A stretch of DNA of 61,120 bases, counting the filler. It is 5 parts of 5 records of this genome, joined end to end, with 100 filler letters (N's around TTAATTAATTAA, not from the genome) between each part and the next. Parts side by side here need not be neighbours in the genome. Positions count along the whole stretch, not along the records: positions 15,848 to 30,808 come from SRR2962707_1559; positions 30,909 to 47,462 come from SRR2962707_1568; 3 more parts are not named here. One strand, given 5' to 3'. Of the stretch, positions 27,138 to 39,419 are shown piece after piece. The notes under the pieces were generated by a model. That model was not told the DNA's origin, made no database searches, and was given only the letters and a program-made list of their open reading frames with translations. Every line of letters begins with the position of its first letter. Position 1 is the first letter of the stretch. Made by a program: the position numbers and the translations under genes.

Positions 27138-28805
27138 TTAGACCAGTCGACTGACGATAACGGTGACTTCTGGTTTCTTACCAATTTCCGCCATGCAAGC
27201 CTGACGCGTGACGCGCTTGATACCTTCTTCCAATTTGTCGTCATTGGTCATGGTTTTGGCATTGGCCCGTCCAAGGAACTGGCTCAGATCTTCTTCGAGC
27301 ACATCGATCAAGGGCGAATGGCTCCGGCCCTGTTCGGCCAAGCCCATGACTTCACACCACGGTTCGCCCAGCATATCGTCGTTTTCATCCAGAATGACGG
27401 TCACGATCACATGTCCGTTCAGAGCCATGCGAATGCGATCTCGGACAATACCGTCCAAGGCACCGATCTGAACAGCACCGTCGAGATAGGTTCGCCCGGT
27501 TTCGATGTATTCGGCGACCTTTGGCTCATTGCCACTTAAGTCAACCATCATGCCATTCACAGCCAGAACCGCTCCGCGCGACTTACCCTTTGTGAGTTTG
27601 ACATGTTCCCGAAGGTGCCGGTGTTCGCCATGCATGGGGACAACAAACTGTGGGTTTACAATATCTTGCAGGCGTTCAAGGTCCGGCCGGTTCGCGTGAC
27701 CAGAGACGTGGTACAGCCCATTGCTGTCGTCGACAACATCCACACCCATTTCCGAGAACTGGTTCATGATGCGAATAACACCGCGTTCATTGCCCGGAAT
27801 GGTTTTGGAAGAGAACAAGAACAAGTCGCCCTCCTTCATGGTCAATCCGTGGAACTTACCTCGTGCCAACTGCGCGCTGGCGGCACGGCGTTCGCCCTGA
27901 CTGCCTGTCACCAGAAGCATCAGGTTTTCGCGGGGAATGCTGTTGGCATCCTCAGGGCTGACAACTTGTGGGAAATCCGACAAGACGCCAGTTTCGATCG
28001 ACGCCTCGATCATGCGACGCATGGCGCGCCCTAACAGGCAAATAGACCGCCCTGCCCGTGCGCCTGCATCCGCAAGGGTCTTCACCCGCGCGACGTTCGA
28101 CGCGAAGGTTGTCGCGACAACCATGCCAGACGCATCCGACACCAGCTTTTCGATGTTTGGCCCAACTTCTATTTCCGACCGCCCAGGCAGAGGCGAAAAG
28201 ATATTTGTTGAATCGCAAATCAGCGCTTTAACACCGTCTTTGGAAACTTCTGCCCAAACCTCTGGGTCAAAAGGCTCTCCAACCAAAGGCGTTTCATCAA
28301 GTTTAAAGTCACCTGAGTGGATCAAACGACCCTGTGGTGTATCGATGATCAGTGCAGAGCTTTCCGGAATCGAATGTGACATCGGCAAGAAGCCAACGCT
28401 AAACGGTCCCTTCTTCGTCACCGCAGGCCAAGGTGAGCATGTCTTAACGGTCTCCGGGGAATATCCCCGCTCTTCCATTTTGTGACGCGCAATATTGGCC
28501 GTGAAGGCCCGACAGAAAATCGGGGCCCCCAGGCTTTCCCAAAGATGCCCGACTGCGCCGACATGGTCTTCGTGCGCGTGGGTGATAAAGATCGCATCAA
28601 TCTGATTGCGGCGCTCTTTCAGCCAGGTGATATCCGGCAAAATCAGATCAACCCCTGGAGAACCATCCATATCGGGGAAGGTGACGCCAAGATCGACGAC
28701 GATCAAACGTTCCTGGTTGGGTTTTCCGTAGCCATAGACATAGCAATTCATGCCAATCTCGCCCGCCCCCCCCAGGGGGAGGTAAATAAGTCGTTCGCTG
28801 CTCAT
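27138..28805 (-). CDS. rnj: Ribonuclease J
   Basis: LGGAGEIGMN, THAHEDH, HVSGHA and PMHGE motifs. Confidence 0.95.
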   Translation of the reverse strand: MSSERLIYLPLGGAGEIGMNCYVYGYGKPNQERLIVVDLGVTFPDMDGSPGVDLILPDITWLKERRNQIDAIFITHAHEDHVGAVGHLWESLGAPIFCRAFTANIARHKMEERGYSPETVKTCSPWPAVTKKGPFSVGFLPMSHSIPESSALIIDTPQGRLIHSGDFKLDETPLVGEPFDPEVWAEVSKDGVKALICDSTNIFSPLPGRSEIEVGPNIEKLVSDASGMVVATTFASNVARVKTLADAGARAGRSICLLGRAMRRMIEASIETGVLSDFPQVVSPEDANSIPRENLMLLVTGSQGERRAASAQLARGKFHGLTMKEGDLFLFSSKTIPGNERGVIRIMNQFSEMGVDVVDDSNGLYHVSGHANRPDLERLQDIVNPQFVVPMHGEHRHLREHVKLTKGKSRGAVLAVNGMMVDLSGNEPKVAEYIETGRTYLDGAVQIGALDGIVRDRIRMALNGHVIVTVILDENDDMLGEPWCEVMGLAEQGRSHSPLIDVLEEDLSQFLGRANAKTMTNDDKLEEGIKRVTRQACMAEIGKKPEVTVIVSRLV

Positions 28806-28809
28806 GAGT

Positions 28810-29583
28810 TTATCCCTCAGAGTTATTGTATTTATGAATCACGGTAAGCCCGTGCATGGTCAGGTCGTCTTCGAAAGCATCGAAGAGCGTTTCGGCTTGC
28901 TGGAAAAGCGGCGCCAGCCCGCCTGTTGAGATGATACGCATCGGGCGATCGCGTTCCGCTTTGATCCGGTTGCAGACTTCACGCACAAGCCCGACATAGC
29001 CCCAGAACACACCCGATTGCATACAGGCCACAGTGTTCGTCCCAACGACACGCTGCGGCTTAGAAATATCGACATGGGGCAAGGCTGCGGCCGCTGTGTG
29101 CAAGGCCTGCAGACTCAGATTAACCCCCGGGGCAATTACCCCTCCTACATAGGCACCATCGGACGCGACGACGTCAAATGTCGTCGCGGTTCCGAAATCG
29201 ACAACGATCAGGTCGCCGCCAAACAGGTCATACCCGGCAACAGTGTTGACCAGACGATCCGGTCCCACAGCTGTCCCGGCGTCCACCCGAACATCCACCG
29301 GTAACCGACAATCAGGCTTGCCCACCACCAAAGGACGCGTTCCGAAATACCGATCCGCCAGAACCCGCAGATTGAACACCACCCGAGGCACCGTCGACGA
29401 CACAATCACATCTGTGATGTCGGCTTCGATCTTTTGGAAATTCATCAAAGTCGACAACCAGACATAGTATTGATCAGCCGTTCGCTGATGCTCCGTAGCT
29501 GTCCGCCACGTGGCAATGAATTGCGTCCCGTCCCAAATCGAGAACACGGTGTTTGTATTGCCGCAATCTATCGCCAGAAGCAT
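28810..29583 (-). CDS. coaX: Type III pantothenate kinase
   Basis: AIDCGNTNT, GPDR, VDFGTATT and TGG motifs. Confidence 0.95.
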   Translation of the reverse strand: MLLAIDCGNTNTVFSIWDGTQFIATWRTATEHQRTADQYYVWLSTLMNFQKIEADITDVIVSSTVPRVVFNLRVLADRYFGTRPLVVGKPDCRLPVDVRVDAGTAVGPDRLVNTVAGYDLFGGDLIVVDFGTATTFDVVASDGAYVGGVIAPGVNLSLQALHTAAAALPHVDISKPQRVVGTNTVACMQSGVFWGYVGLVREVCNRIKAERDRPMRIISTGGLAPLFQQAETLFDAFEDDLTMHGLTVIHKYNNSEG

Positions 29584-29596
29584 CCCACGCGTCCTT

Positions 29597-30343
29597 TCAA
29601 AAAAATACGTCAGCAGCCGAAATCGCCGCCTGCCCGTTTGCAGTCTTTAAAACCAGATTGCCGTCGGCGTCCACTGTTTCAAAGGTTCCTGTCGTTTCGC
29701 TGGTCCCTGTGCGCGCGGTGACAACCTCTCCCAATCGCGCAGCACGGGCCAACCAGGCTTCTCGGATCGGCGCAAATCCATAAGTTACAAAACTGTTCTC
29801 ATGCCGCGCATAGGCCTCTGCCAGCGCGTCTAGGAGCTCCTCTGGTGTTACGGACACACCGGTTTCAGACAACAGCGACACCGGCCTTACAGCGCCTTGT
29901 TCAACGGCCGCTGCACTCGGTGCCTGAGCCAAATTGACTCCGATGCCAATCGACAGGGTTTGAGCACCTTTCGGGATCACTGTACTTTCTAACAGAATAC
30001 CGGCCACTTTTCCGCCGTTTAACAGAACATCGTTGGGCCATTTAAGCGCAAAGGGTTCTGCCCGTCCCGAAACGGCGACAAACGCGTCGTATAAGGCCAA
30101 GGAGGCCACGAAGGACCGCAAGGCGATGATTGCTGGCTGTTCCTTGGGAAACAGAACCAAAGTCGCGGAGAAGTTCCCAACCGGGTTGTCCCATGCCCGC
30201 CCCCGCCGACCTCGCGCGGCAGTTTGTTTCAGCGCCAGTATCCACTCTGGACCACGGAGATCCATTGACACCCGCACCGCTTCGGCATTTGTGCTGTCGA
30301 TCTCTGACAGAACGCGGCGTCCGTATCCGTTAGGCCAACCCAT
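29597..30343 (-). CDS. birA: Biotin--[acetyl-CoA-carboxylase] ligase
   Basis: DSTN, RGRRGRAW, KWPND and KVAGIL motifs. Confidence 0.95.
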   Translation of the reverse strand: MGWPNGYGRRVLSEIDSTNAEAVRVSMDLRGPEWILALKQTAARGRRGRAWDNPVGNFSATLVLFPKEQPAIIALRSFVASLALYDAFVAVSGRAEPFALKWPNDVLLNGGKVAGILLESTVIPKGAQTLSIGIGVNLAQAPSAAAVEQGAVRPVSLLSETGVSVTPEELLDALAEAYARHENSFVTYGFAPIREAWLARAARLGEVVTARTGTSETTGTFETVDADGNLVLKTANGQAAISAADVFF

Positions 30344-30462
30344 GAAGCCCAGTCCTGTTGCTCTGCCGAATAGAGCTCAGCTCGTTCGGAAAATTCGTAG
30401 AGTGAAAAAAGAAGTGACGCGCCAAGGGCGCGCCACATCGTCTTTTCATTGATCCGACTTGT

Positions 30463-30808
30463 TTATTGAACAAGTGTCGCGGCAGCTGCGGCGGCCACCC
30501 CTTCAATTCCGAAGAGGTTCACAACACCGACGACCATCATCAGCGCCGACACCATGAGGAAGCCCCAAAGAACAGGCGATCGGCCCGTATCCAAAACCTC
30601 ATCACGTTCTTCGCCGAAGTACATGTAGAACACGATCCGCAGATAATAGAAGGCACCAATCACCGACGCGATAACACCCGCAATCGCCAACCAGGCCAAG
30701 CCACCTTCATAAGCAGCTCGCAGAACATACAGCTTACCAAAGAAGCCAACCAAAGGCGGCACACCGGCCAAGCTGAACATCAGCACCAGCATCGCCAATG
30801 CTTTGCCC
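30463..30808 (-). CDS. nuoN: NADH-quinone oxidoreductase subunit N, C-terminal part only
   Basis: [15 protein letters not shown] and [11 protein letters not shown] motifs; nuoN-birA-coaX-rnj synteny. Confidence 0.92.
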
Positions 30809-30908
30809 NNNNNNNNNNNNNNNNNNNNNNNNNNNNNNNNNNNNNNNNNNNNTTAATTAATTAANNNNNNNNNNNNNNNNNNNNNNNNNNNNNNNNNNNN
30901 NNNNNNNN
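30809..30908. other. Artificial contig spacer
   Basis: 100-bp N run containing TTAATTAATTAA. Confidence 0.97.
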
Positions 30909-32693
30909 CGGGTTGCCCCATTCGGGCCATTCGGGCGGGGTTAGCGGCAGCGTATCGTCGAGCATGGTGTTGAGCACATCCACGAACGGCACGATAGCCA
31001 TGACCCCGGCCCACAGATCGGGCCGCATATTGGCAATCGCTCCCATCAACATACCTCCGGCGGACCCGCCTTCGGCCACAATCCGCCCTTTGGACGAATA
31101 GCCTTTTTCGATCAGCATTTCCGCCGCAGCGATGAAATCGGAAAACGTGTTGGTCTTATGAGCGGCGCGCCCGTTCTTGTACCAGCGGTATCCCTTGTCC
31201 ATGCCGCCCCGGATATGGGCGATGGCATAGACGAACCCCCGATCGACGAGCGAAAGCACCGAGACCGAAAACCCCGCTGGAATGGAATGACCATAGGCGC
31301 CATACCCATAGAGCAGGGCAGGAGCGTTGCCATCAAGCGCTAGCCCTTTGCGGTAAAGAAAAGTGACCGGCACCTCCTCACCATCCGGCGCTTTGGCAAA
31401 CAGCCGCCGCGTTTCATACAGCGCAGGATCGTGCCCGGAGGGCACCTCCTGCTGCTTGCGCAACACGCGCTCGCCGCTGGCCAGATCGAGGTCGAAAACC
31501 TGCGCCGGGGTGGTGGGTGAGGAATAGGAAAACCGGATTGTTGCCGTATCGAATTCGTAGCCGGAAATCAGGCCCAGCGAATAGGCTTCCTCGGGAAAGG
31601 AAATTGTCTGCTCCCGGCCATCGCGCAGGTCACGCACCACGATCCGCGGCAAGCCGTCCTTGCGCTCGAGCCGGATCAGATGGTTGGCGATCACTTCGAC
31701 ATCGAGGATCAGCCGCCCCGCCTCGTGGGGCACCAGATCGGCCCAATTGTCCACACCTGGCGCGCTGACTGGCGCGGTAACGATCTTGAAGTCTTCGGCT
31801 TCATCGTCATTGGTCAGGATGTAAAGCGTCCCGTCCCGTTCTTCGACTGAATATTCAGTGTTCTCGTGTCGCTTTTCCACGCAGAACGGCACCCCGCCGT
31901 TTTCCGCGTCGATCAGCCAGATTTCCGAGGTCTGATGGTCATGCGCCGAGATGGTGAGGTAACGCCGCGATTGCGTCATGCCCACGCCGACGAAAAACCC
32001 AGCATCCTTTTCTTCATAAACAATCGCATCATCGGCCTGGCTGGTCCCCAGCACATGCTCGCGCACCCGGAAGGGGCGATGGTTCTCGTCGAGCTCGACA
32101 TAATAGAACCGCGATGAATCATTGGCCCAGACAGCGCCGCTGCCCGATTTCTCGATCCGTTCGTCACGGTCCTTGCCGGTGTCGAGATCGCGGATATAGA
32201 TCGTGTAATATTCCGATCCGTTCCGGTCTGCCGCCCAGGCCACCATTGTGTGACATGGCGAATGCTCGGCGCCACCGAACCCGAAATAGCCCTCGCCAGC
32301 TTCGGCGTTGCAATCGAGCAGTACCGTTTCGCTACCGCCGTCGCGCGGCGTGCGGACGATCAGGGGATACTGATCGCCCTCGCGCGTCCGTGACGCATAG
32401 GCGAACGGCCCATCGGGGGTGGGAACAGAACTGTCGTCCTCTTTGATCCGCCCGCGGATTTCCGCATAGATTTTCTCGCGCAGCGCCTCGGTCGGCTTTC
32501 CGAATCCGCTTTCATACCAGGCATTTTCCGCTTCGAGATACGTACGGATATCTTCGGGCAGAACGCCGGGGTCTGCCATGACCTCGCGCCAATTGTCGGC
32601 CCGCAGCCAGTTATAGGGGTCGTTGCGGGTCGTCCCGTGCCGCGTGTCCGAATGGGGGCGTTGCGCGGCAACGGGTGGCGCGATGTCGGTCAT
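30909..32693 (-). CDS. ptrB: Oligopeptidase B (S9A), C-terminus truncated by contig end
   Basis: DPYNWLR, YGYGAYG, GGSAGG and EWPEWGNP motifs. Confidence 0.9.
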
Positions 32694-32743
32694 GGCTTAT
32701 CCCTGAAATGCTCTAGGCAAAAAGATTCGAAATTTTCCGGCCA

Positions 32744-33142
32744 CTATTCTTCGGGCTTGAAGTCCAGTGCAAGCCCGTTGGTGCAATAGCGAAGGCCGCT
32801 CGGAGCGGGGCCGTCGGGAAAGACGTGCCCGATATGGGCATCGCAATTGGCGCAGCGGATTTCCGTGCGGCGCATGAAATGGCTTCTGTCGTCGATTTCT
32901 TTGATCGCATCCTCGGAGACCGGCTGGAAAAAGCTCGGCCAGCCCGATCCGGAATCGTACTTGGTGCCGGAGGTGAAAAGCGGCGCATCACAACACACGC
33001 AATGATAGACCCCGTCGCGTTTTTCCACATTGTAGTCGTGGGAAAAGGCGCGCTCGGTGCCATGTTCGCGTGTCACATGGTACTGTTCGGGCGTCAATTT
33101 ATCGCGCCATTCGCTGTTGGAGATCCTTTGCTTGTCGTTCAT
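32744..33142 (-). CDS. msrB: Peptide-methionine (R)-S-oxide reductase
   Basis: [24 protein letters not shown] and RYCTN motifs. Confidence 0.96.
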   Translation of the reverse strand: MNDKQRISNSEWRDKLTPEQYHVTREHGTERAFSHDYNVEKRDGVYHCVCCDAPLFTSGTKYDSGSGWPSFFQPVSEDAIKEIDDRSHFMRRTEIRCANCDAHIGHVFPDGPAPSGLRYCTNGLALDFKPEE

Positions 33143-33346
33143 CTTGCGTCACTCCTGCCGGTTGTGCACTCGGACTATATCAGTTGGTGCCAATGTGGTT
33201 ATCACAACTGCGGGGGTCAATATTGCGTTCCCGCCAACCGGTTTTTGTTGAGCTTGTGGCAGGGATGCGTACTGTTTGCGCCAATGATTCCTTTCAACAG
33301 CAATTGGGCTGTTGATCGGACGTAAGAACGAAGTTCGGGGGCTCGC

Positions 33347-35722
33347 TTGGGACCAGGTCTTGATGTGATTGTCGCGCTGATCGCGATCGCTCCATTCGTC
33401 GCGGCCGTGTTCGCGCCATGGATCAAGACCTTTGCCGGACCGGCGGCCGGCTGGATACTGGCCATCGTTCCAGCCGCGATTTTTGCCACCTTCATTTCCT
33501 TCATCGGCCCCATCGCCGATTTTTCGGTTATCCGCGTCGGCCTCGACTGGATTCCCGCCTACGGCATTTCGTTTTCCTTTTTTGTCGACGGCCTGAGCCT
33601 TGTGTTCGGTGTGCTGATCTCTGGTATCGGCACCTTTATCGTCATCTATTCGGGCGGCTATCTGGCCGGACACCCCCATCAGGGACGGTTCTTTTCCTAC
33701 ATTCTGATGTTCATGGGTTCGATGCTCGGCCTGGTTCTGGCCGATAACGTCTTCACCCTGTTCGTCTTCTGGGAACTGACCTCGATCACCTCGTTCCTCC
33801 TGATCGGCTTCGATCACTCCCGCCAGGCCGCGCGCCGTGCCGCCATTCAGGCGCTGGTCGTCACCGGCGGTGGCGGGCTTGCGCTGCTGGCGGGGCTAAT
33901 CCTTTTGACGCTCATCACGGGCCAGAACTCGCTGACCGGCATGCTGGTCACTGCCGGGGCGGCGCAGGAAAGCGGGCTGTATCTCATTGCCATGCTGCTG
34001 GTCGTGACCGGCGCGTTCGCCAAGTCGGCGCAGGTTCCGCTCCATTTCTGGCTTCCCAACGCCATGGAAGCGCCAACCCCGGTTTCGGCCTATCTGCACT
34101 CGGCGACCATGGTGAAGGCTGGCGTCTATCTACTGGCCCGCATGACCCCCATCCTGGGCGATACCGAGCCCTGGTTCTGGATCCTGACCCTGTTTGGTGG
34201 CGCCACCCTTTTGATGGGCAGCGCACTGGCGGTGCGGCAGACCGATCTAAAGCAGATGCTGGCATATACCACGCTTGGCTCGCTTGGCTTGCTGGTCATG
34301 CTCATCGGCTTTGGCACCAAGGAAGCCATACTCGGTGCGCTGCTTTATCTGTGCGCCCATTCGCTGTTCAAGGGCGCGTTGTTCATGATCGCGGGCACCA
34401 TCGATCACGGCACCGGCACCCGTGACATCACCATGCTCGGCGGCCTGCGCGAGGCCATGCCAATCACGTTTATCGCGGCGGTTCTGGCCGGCTTTTCCAT
34501 GGCCGGCTTCCCTATCGCCATTGGTTTTCTTGCCAAGGAAGAAATGTATCTGGCGCTGACCTCCGGGGTTTGGCCCGACCTGATGTTCCTCGCCGTGCTC
34601 ATCGTCGGCAACGCCCTGATGATGGTGGTGGGCCTCCTTATCGCCTTCAAACCCTTCCTGGGCGATCTGCGTCCGACCCCGCACGCGCCCCACGAAGGGC
34701 CGCTGAGCCTTTATTCCGGCCCGGTCACTCTGGCCGCGCTCGGAATTTCCGCGGGCTTGTTTACCGACTGGCTAAACCACGCCGTGCTCGATCCGGCGGG
34801 CGGAGCGATCTACAATGCCGCCGTCGATGCCCATATCCATCTGGCCTTCGATCTCACAAACCCCGCCGTGTGGGCTTCTATCGTCACATGGGCGCTGGGC
34901 GGCGTTCTGTTCTGGAAGGTCGATGCTGTTCGCTCGACATTGCGGCGCACCGGCGAAGCTATCGGCTGGACCTTCGATATCGGTTTTGATGCCTTCATGT
35001 TCGGCCTCGTCCGGTTTGCGGATCGTATAACCCGCGTCCTCCATCATGGCCGTCTCGAATGGTATCTGCTTTTGTTGTTTACGGTGCTTGCCGTCGGCAT
35101 TTTTGCGCCTTTGCTGGCCACCGACAGCCTGCCGCCAGTCCCCGCCTGGCCCGAGCTCAACTTCTATGAGTGGGGCGCCATCGGTATCGCGGCCATCGGG
35201 CTCATAGCGGTTATTGTGGCGCGAACCCGCCTTACCGCCATCGTGGCCCTCGGCATCCAGGGCTTTGCGGTCGCCGTTATCTTCATGCTGTTCGGCGCAC
35301 CGGATCTCAGCTTCACCCAATTTATGGTCGAAACCCTGACGGTCATCATCCTTGCACTCGTCATGACCCGGCTGCACCTCGATGAAGCCGATAGCCGCGA
35401 CCTGGAAACCGGCTTGCGCGATGGCGTGGTTGCGCTGGCCGTCGGCCTTGGCATCACAATTCTGCTGCTCGTCGTGCTTCAGACCGATCTCGATCTGACG
35501 CTGACCGATCTGTTCAGGGCCACGAGTACGCCGATCGCCCATGGCCGAAACGTCGTCAACGTCATCCTCGTCGACTATCGTGCCATTGATACGCTGGGCG
35601 AAATTTCGGTGGTCATGGCCGCGGGCCTCGCCATCCTTGCCCTCATCCGTCTGCGGGCCTCGACCAGTGGCACTAGCGGTGCCAGGTCCGGGCGCGGGCG
35701 CAAGATCGGGAGTTCGCAATGA
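33347..35722 (+). CDS. mrpA: Mrp Na+/H+ antiporter subunit A
   Basis: [34 protein letters not shown] and DTLGE motifs; start approximate. Confidence 0.93.
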   Translation: MGPGLDVIVALIAIAPFVAAVFAPWIKTFAGPAAGWILAIVPAAIFATFISFIGPIADFSVIRVGLDWIPAYGISFSFFVDGLSLVFGVLISGIGTFIVIYSGGYLAGHPHQGRFFSYILMFMGSMLGLVLADNVFTLFVFWELTSITSFLLIGFDHSRQAARRAAIQALVVTGGGGLALLAGLILLTLITGQNSLTGMLVTAGAAQESGLYLIAMLLVVTGAFAKSAQVPLHFWLPNAMEAPTPVSAYLHSATMVKAGVYLLARMTPILGDTEPWFWILTLFGGATLLMGSALAVRQTDLKQMLAYTTLGSLGLLVMLIGFGTKEAILGALLYLCAHSLFKGALFMIAGTIDHGTGTRDITMLGGLREAMPITFIAAVLAGFSMAGFPIAIGFLAKEEMYLALTSGVWPDLMFLAVLIVGNALMMVVGLLIAFKPFLGDLRPTPHAPHEGPLSLYSGPVTLAALGISAGLFTDWLNHAVLDPAGGAIYNAAVDAHIHLAFDLTNPAVWASIVTWALGGVLFWKVDAVRSTLRRTGEAIGWTFDIGFDAFMFGLVRFADRITRVLHHGRLEWYLLLLFTVLAVGIFAPLLATDSLPPVPAWPELNFYEWGAIGIAAIGLIAVIVARTRLTAIVALGIQGFAVAVIFMLFGAPDLSFTQFMVETLTVIILALVMTRLHLDEADSRDLETGLRDGVVALAVGLGITILLLVVLQTDLDLTLTDLFRATSTPIAHGRNVVNVILVDYRAIDTLGEISVVMAAGLAILALIRLRASTSGTSGARSGRGRKIGSSQ

Positions 35723-36150
35723 ATACGGTTATCTTCAGAACCGCGGCGCCGGTGCTGACCGCGCTGATGATCGTCTTTTCTGTCTTCGTTCTGCTCCGCG
35801 GTCACAATGAGCCGGGGGGCGGCTTTATCGGCGGGCTGATTGGCGCGTCGGGCATCGCCATCTACGGCATCGCTGCTGGTGTCAGTGCTTGCCGCCAGGC
35901 GCTGCGCGTCCATCCCATAACGCTGGCCGGATTTGGCGTCGTGCTCGCCTCCATCGCCGGGTTTATTTCGCTCGCCGCCGAAGTGCCCTTCCTGACAGGC
36001 TTGTGGTGGATTTTCGAGTTCGAAGGCACCGAAATTGCACTGTCCACCCCGCTTATCTTCGATATCGGGGTCTATGCGGTGGTCGTGGGCGCTGTCGGCA
36101 CCATGGCGCTTGCGCTAGAGGGCCAGGACGGTGATGAGGGGACGGACTGA
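35719..36150 (+). CDS. mrpB: Mrp antiporter subunit B
   Basis: [14 protein letters not shown] and FDIGVY motifs. Confidence 0.93.
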   Translation: MNTVIFRTAAPVLTALMIVFSVFVLLRGHNEPGGGFIGGLIGASGIAIYGIAAGVSACRQALRVHPITLAGFGVVLASIAGFISLAAEVPFLTGLWWIFEFEGTEIALSTPLIFDIGVYAVVVGAVGTMALALEGQDGDEGTD

Positions 36151-36527
36151 TGGAAACCGCGCTCGCCGGACTGATCGGCCTGTTTTTCACCGCTGCAGCC
36201 TATCTGCTGTTGTCCAAGGCCATCATTCGCATGCTTTTGGGCTTGGCCATTCTGGGCAATGGCGTCAATCTCCTGATCTTCACCATTGGCCGGCTGACCG
36301 CCGAGGTTCCGCCCATCGTTCCCGCTGGCGAATATTTCCCGCTTGAAGGATCGGCCAACCCGCTCCCCCAGGCGCTGGTCCTGACCGCTATCGTCATCGG
36401 ATTTGCCCTGTTCTCGTTCCTGCTTGTGCTGGGCTACCGCGCCTATCAGGAACTCGATGCCGATAACACCGACAACATGCGCGTCGCCGAGCCTGAAAAT
36501 GCGCCTCGGCCTCCCCTGAGTTACTAG
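36150..36527 (+). CDS. mrpC: Mrp antiporter subunit C
   Basis: NPLPQALVLTAIVIGF motif. Confidence 0.93.
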   Translation: METALAGLIGLFFTAAAYLLLSKAIIRMLLGLAILGNGVNLLIFTIGRLTAEVPPIVPAGEYFPLEGSANPLPQALVLTAIVIGFALFSFLLVLGYRAYQELDADNTDNMRVAEPENAPRPPLSY

Positions 36528-36542
36528 GGTACAGAGATTATA

Positions 36543-38135
36543 ATGGCGACTGCCGGTACATCATACGACCCCCTCGAACTGCCCGCGGCGATGATCGACG
36601 TGGCGACGCCTGCTGCCGACTGGATCGTCGTGTGGCCGGTTGCCCTGGCCCTGTTCGGCGCGGGCCTGCTCGTCATGCTGCGCAACCAGCGCCACCTCCA
36701 GCTTGTTTTTGCTGCGGCGGCGATCATCGCGATCATGGTCTCCAATATCTACCTGCTGGTGCGCGTGTTCGAGAGCGGCCCTGTCGCCATGACCATGGGC
36801 AGATGGCTCCCGCCATTCGGCATCACGTTTGCCGCTGATATGACCAGCGCGCTCTTTTCCCTTGCAGCATCCATAGCTGCACTGGTCGTGGTTTTTTACG
36901 CGCAGATCGAATTGACCGACCGCGGGTACCGCTACGGCTTTTACCCCATGTTGTTGCTGCTCTTGTGCGGCGTCAGCGGTTCGTTCCTGACCGGCGATAT
37001 CTTCAACCTCTATGTGTGGTTTGAAGTCATGCTGATCGCGTCGTTCGGCATGATGATCCTGGGCGGCCGCAAGCTCCAGCTTGATGGTGCCATCAAATAC
37101 GGCTTCCTTAATTTCCTCGCGACAACCTTCTTTCTGGTGGCAATCGCCTATCTCTACGGCCTCACGGGCACACTCAACTTCGCCGATCTGGTGGCAAAGG
37201 GCGCCGAGCTGCCACTCGGCCCGCTGGTCACGGTCTCTGTGCTGTTTCTTTTCGCCTTCGGGGTGAAGGCGGCGGCGTTTCCAGGCAACGCCTGGCTGCC
37301 GGCCTCCTATCATACGCCCGCGGTTTCCGTTTCGGCCATATTCGGCGGCCTGCTCACCAAGGTCGGCGCCTATGCCGCCATTCGGGTACTCGTCATGGCC
37401 CTGCCTGAGGGCTACGCGCAAATCCAGACGGTGATTGCTGTTGTCGCGTTCGCCACACTCATCCTGGGCCCGCTAGGTGCCATGGCGCAGACCAATCTGC
37501 GCCGCGCCGTGGGTTTTCTGGTCATTGGCGGCATCGGTGCCATTTTTGCAGGGTTTGCTCTCGGAAGCACGCACGGCGTCGGTGGGGCGATCTTTTACGC
37601 CTTTCATTCCATGCTCACTATCACGGCCTTCTATCTTCTGGCCGGATTGATCGAGCGGATGAGCGGCACCAGCGACATTCGCAAGATGGGCGGCATCTAC
37701 GGTGCCAGCGCGCCCATGTCGATCCTCTTCATCATCATGGTGTTCGCCATTTCCGGCATGCCGCCGTTCCTTGGCCTGTGGCCCAAAATCCTCCTCGTGG
37801 AAGGAGGCATTCGTGCCGAGAACTGGTGGCTTGTCTTTGCGGTCCTGTTCAACTCCTTCCTCACCGTTATCGCTGCCAGCCGGCTCTGGGCCCACATCTT
37901 CTGGCGCAACGGACAGGAGGGCGAGCGCTCCGAGCAGCCCAACGAGGATCTGCGGCCCTTGTCCGCCCGCGAAGTTGCTCTGGGCCTGGTGCCAACAGCC
38001 ATTCTCTTCGCTGTTATTGTGATTTTTGGCCTTTTCCCCGATTGGCTCTTTACCGCCTCGGGCATTGCCGCCCAAGATATGCTTTCGCCCACACGCTATG
38101 TCGACGCCGTGTTTGCACAGGTGCCTCAGTCATGA
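36543..38135 (+). CDS. mrpD: Mrp antiporter subunit D
   Basis: GDIFNLYVWFEVML, WLPASY and LLTKVG motifs. Confidence 0.93.
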   Translation: MATAGTSYDPLELPAAMIDVATPAADWIVVWPVALALFGAGLLVMLRNQRHLQLVFAAAAIIAIMVSNIYLLVRVFESGPVAMTMGRWLPPFGITFAADMTSALFSLAASIAALVVVFYAQIELTDRGYRYGFYPMLLLLLCGVSGSFLTGDIFNLYVWFEVMLIASFGMMILGGRKLQLDGAIKYGFLNFLATTFFLVAIAYLYGLTGTLNFADLVAKGAELPLGPLVTVSVLFLFAFGVKAAAFPGNAWLPASYHTPAVSVSAIFGGLLTKVGAYAAIRVLVMALPEGYAQIQTVIAVVAFATLILGPLGAMAQTNLRRAVGFLVIGGIGAIFAGFALGSTHGVGGAIFYAFHSMLTITAFYLLAGLIERMSGTSDIRKMGGIYGASAPMSILFIIMVFAISGMPPFLGLWPKILLVEGGIRAENWWLVFAVLFNSFLTVIAASRLWAHIFWRNGQEGERSEQPNEDLRPLSAREVALGLVPTAILFAVIVIFGLFPDWLFTASGIAAQDMLSPTRYVDAVFAQVPQS

Positions 38136-38611
38136 GCTTTGCTTTTCTGGTCACAACACTCGCGCTGGTCTGGGCAGCCGTCACCGGCGGCTTCACCTTG
38201 CTCAACCTGTTGCTCGGCGCGTTCATCGGCGGCGTGGCGGTCCTGTTCATCCGTGATCGCGTCGATCGTCCGCACATGATGCGCCGGTTCGCTCGAGTGG
38301 TGTCGCTGGCGGCTCTGTTCTTTTACGAGCTCGGACTTTCGGCCCTGAGAGTGGCGATCCTCGTTCTCTCGCCACGCATGGAAAAGCGCCTGGCTCCAGG
38401 CATCATCGCTTATCCCCTCACGGTGAAAACTGATGCCCAGATCACCCTTCTGGCCAATTTGATTACCCTGACACCCGGTACCCTGAGCGTCGACGTGTCC
38501 GATGACCGGACCACGCTCTACATCCATGTGCTGGAAATGCACGACCGCGCGGACGTCATCGCTTCGATCAGGAACGGGTTCGAAGCAAAGATCATCGAGG
38601 TGTTTGAATAA
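38132..38611 (+). CDS. mrpE: Mrp antiporter subunit E
   Basis: [12 protein letters not shown] motif; ATG overlaps the mrpD stop. Confidence 0.92.
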   Translation: MSFAFLVTTLALVWAAVTGGFTLLNLLLGAFIGGVAVLFIRDRVDRPHMMRRFARVVSLAALFFYELGLSALRVAILVLSPRMEKRLAPGIIAYPLTVKTDAQITLLANLITLTPGTLSVDVSDDRTTLYIHVLEMHDRADVIASIRNGFEAKIIEVFE

Positions 38612-38934
38612 TGTCGGGCCCCGAATTTCTTCATTTGGCCACCACTGTCTCGCTCGGCGTTCTCACCGCGGCGCTTCTGGTTACCATCTACCGCATCGTG
38701 GTCGGCCCCAGCCTGCCTGATCGTGTGTTGGGTCTCGATATGCTGATCGCCGTGGTCATCGGCTACATCGCGGCAATCGCGCTGCGGACGGGCTTCATGC
38801 TCTATCTCGATATTGCGATCGCACTTGGGCTCGTCGGGTTCCTGTCCACGGTAGCCTTCGCCCGGTTCATTCTCCAGCGCTGGCAGATCGATGCTGCCGC
38901 ACGGGAAGATCACCTTGAGGAGAGCAGGAAATGA
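38611..38934 (+). CDS. mrpF: Mrp antiporter subunit F
   Basis: [12 protein letters not shown] and [10 protein letters not shown] motifs. Confidence 0.92.
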   Translation: MSGPEFLHLATTVSLGVLTAALLVTIYRIVVGPSLPDRVLGLDMLIAVVIGYIAAIALRTGFMLYLDIAIALGLVGFLSTVAFARFILQRWQIDAAAREDHLEESRK

Positions 38935-39284
38935 TCGTCGAGGGCCTCTACTATCTGGCCGGCGCCATGGTGATTGTCGGTGCCCTGTTCAGCCTGGTTG
39001 CGGCGCTTGGCATTGTGCGGCTACCTGATCTTTACACGCGCATGCATTCTGGCTCCAAGGCCGGTACGGTCGGTTCGGGCCTGACTCTCCTGGCCATAGC
39101 GCTGGTCAGCTTTGACAGCGCCGTGATCCTGCGCGCTCTGCTCGGCTTTGTCTTTTTCATGCTGACCGCCCCGATTTCAGCACATCTGTTGGCGCGTGCA
39201 TCCTATATCGCCGGTTACCGCCCAACAGCACACTTCGTTGTCGATGATTTGGAAAAGTCCGGTGGACTGCCAAGTAAAGAATGA
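38931..39284 (+). CDS. mrpG: Mrp antiporter subunit G
   Basis: [10 protein letters not shown] and TAPISAH motifs. Confidence 0.92.
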   Translation: MIVEGLYYLAGAMVIVGALFSLVAALGIVRLPDLYTRMHSGSKAGTVGSGLTLLAIALVSFDSAVILRALLGFVFFMLTAPISAHLLARASYIAGYRPTAHFVVDDLEKSGGLPSKE

Positions 39285-39419
39285 TTCACTCTAAATTTCG
39301 CCAAGTTGTTGCTCAATGGTTGCAAAACTAGAAAAACAACATTAATTGCGGAGTTATGGGGTGCCCCTGGGATTAGCCCGCCCCGATAAATAGCTCCCAT
39401 ACTCATGAAGGGATTTTCG

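Noticed and set aside
33347..39284. Seven-gene membrane complex as a hydrogenase or new respiratory complex
   Set aside because: Canonical mrpABCDEFG antiporter with no hydrogenase or Fe-S subunits
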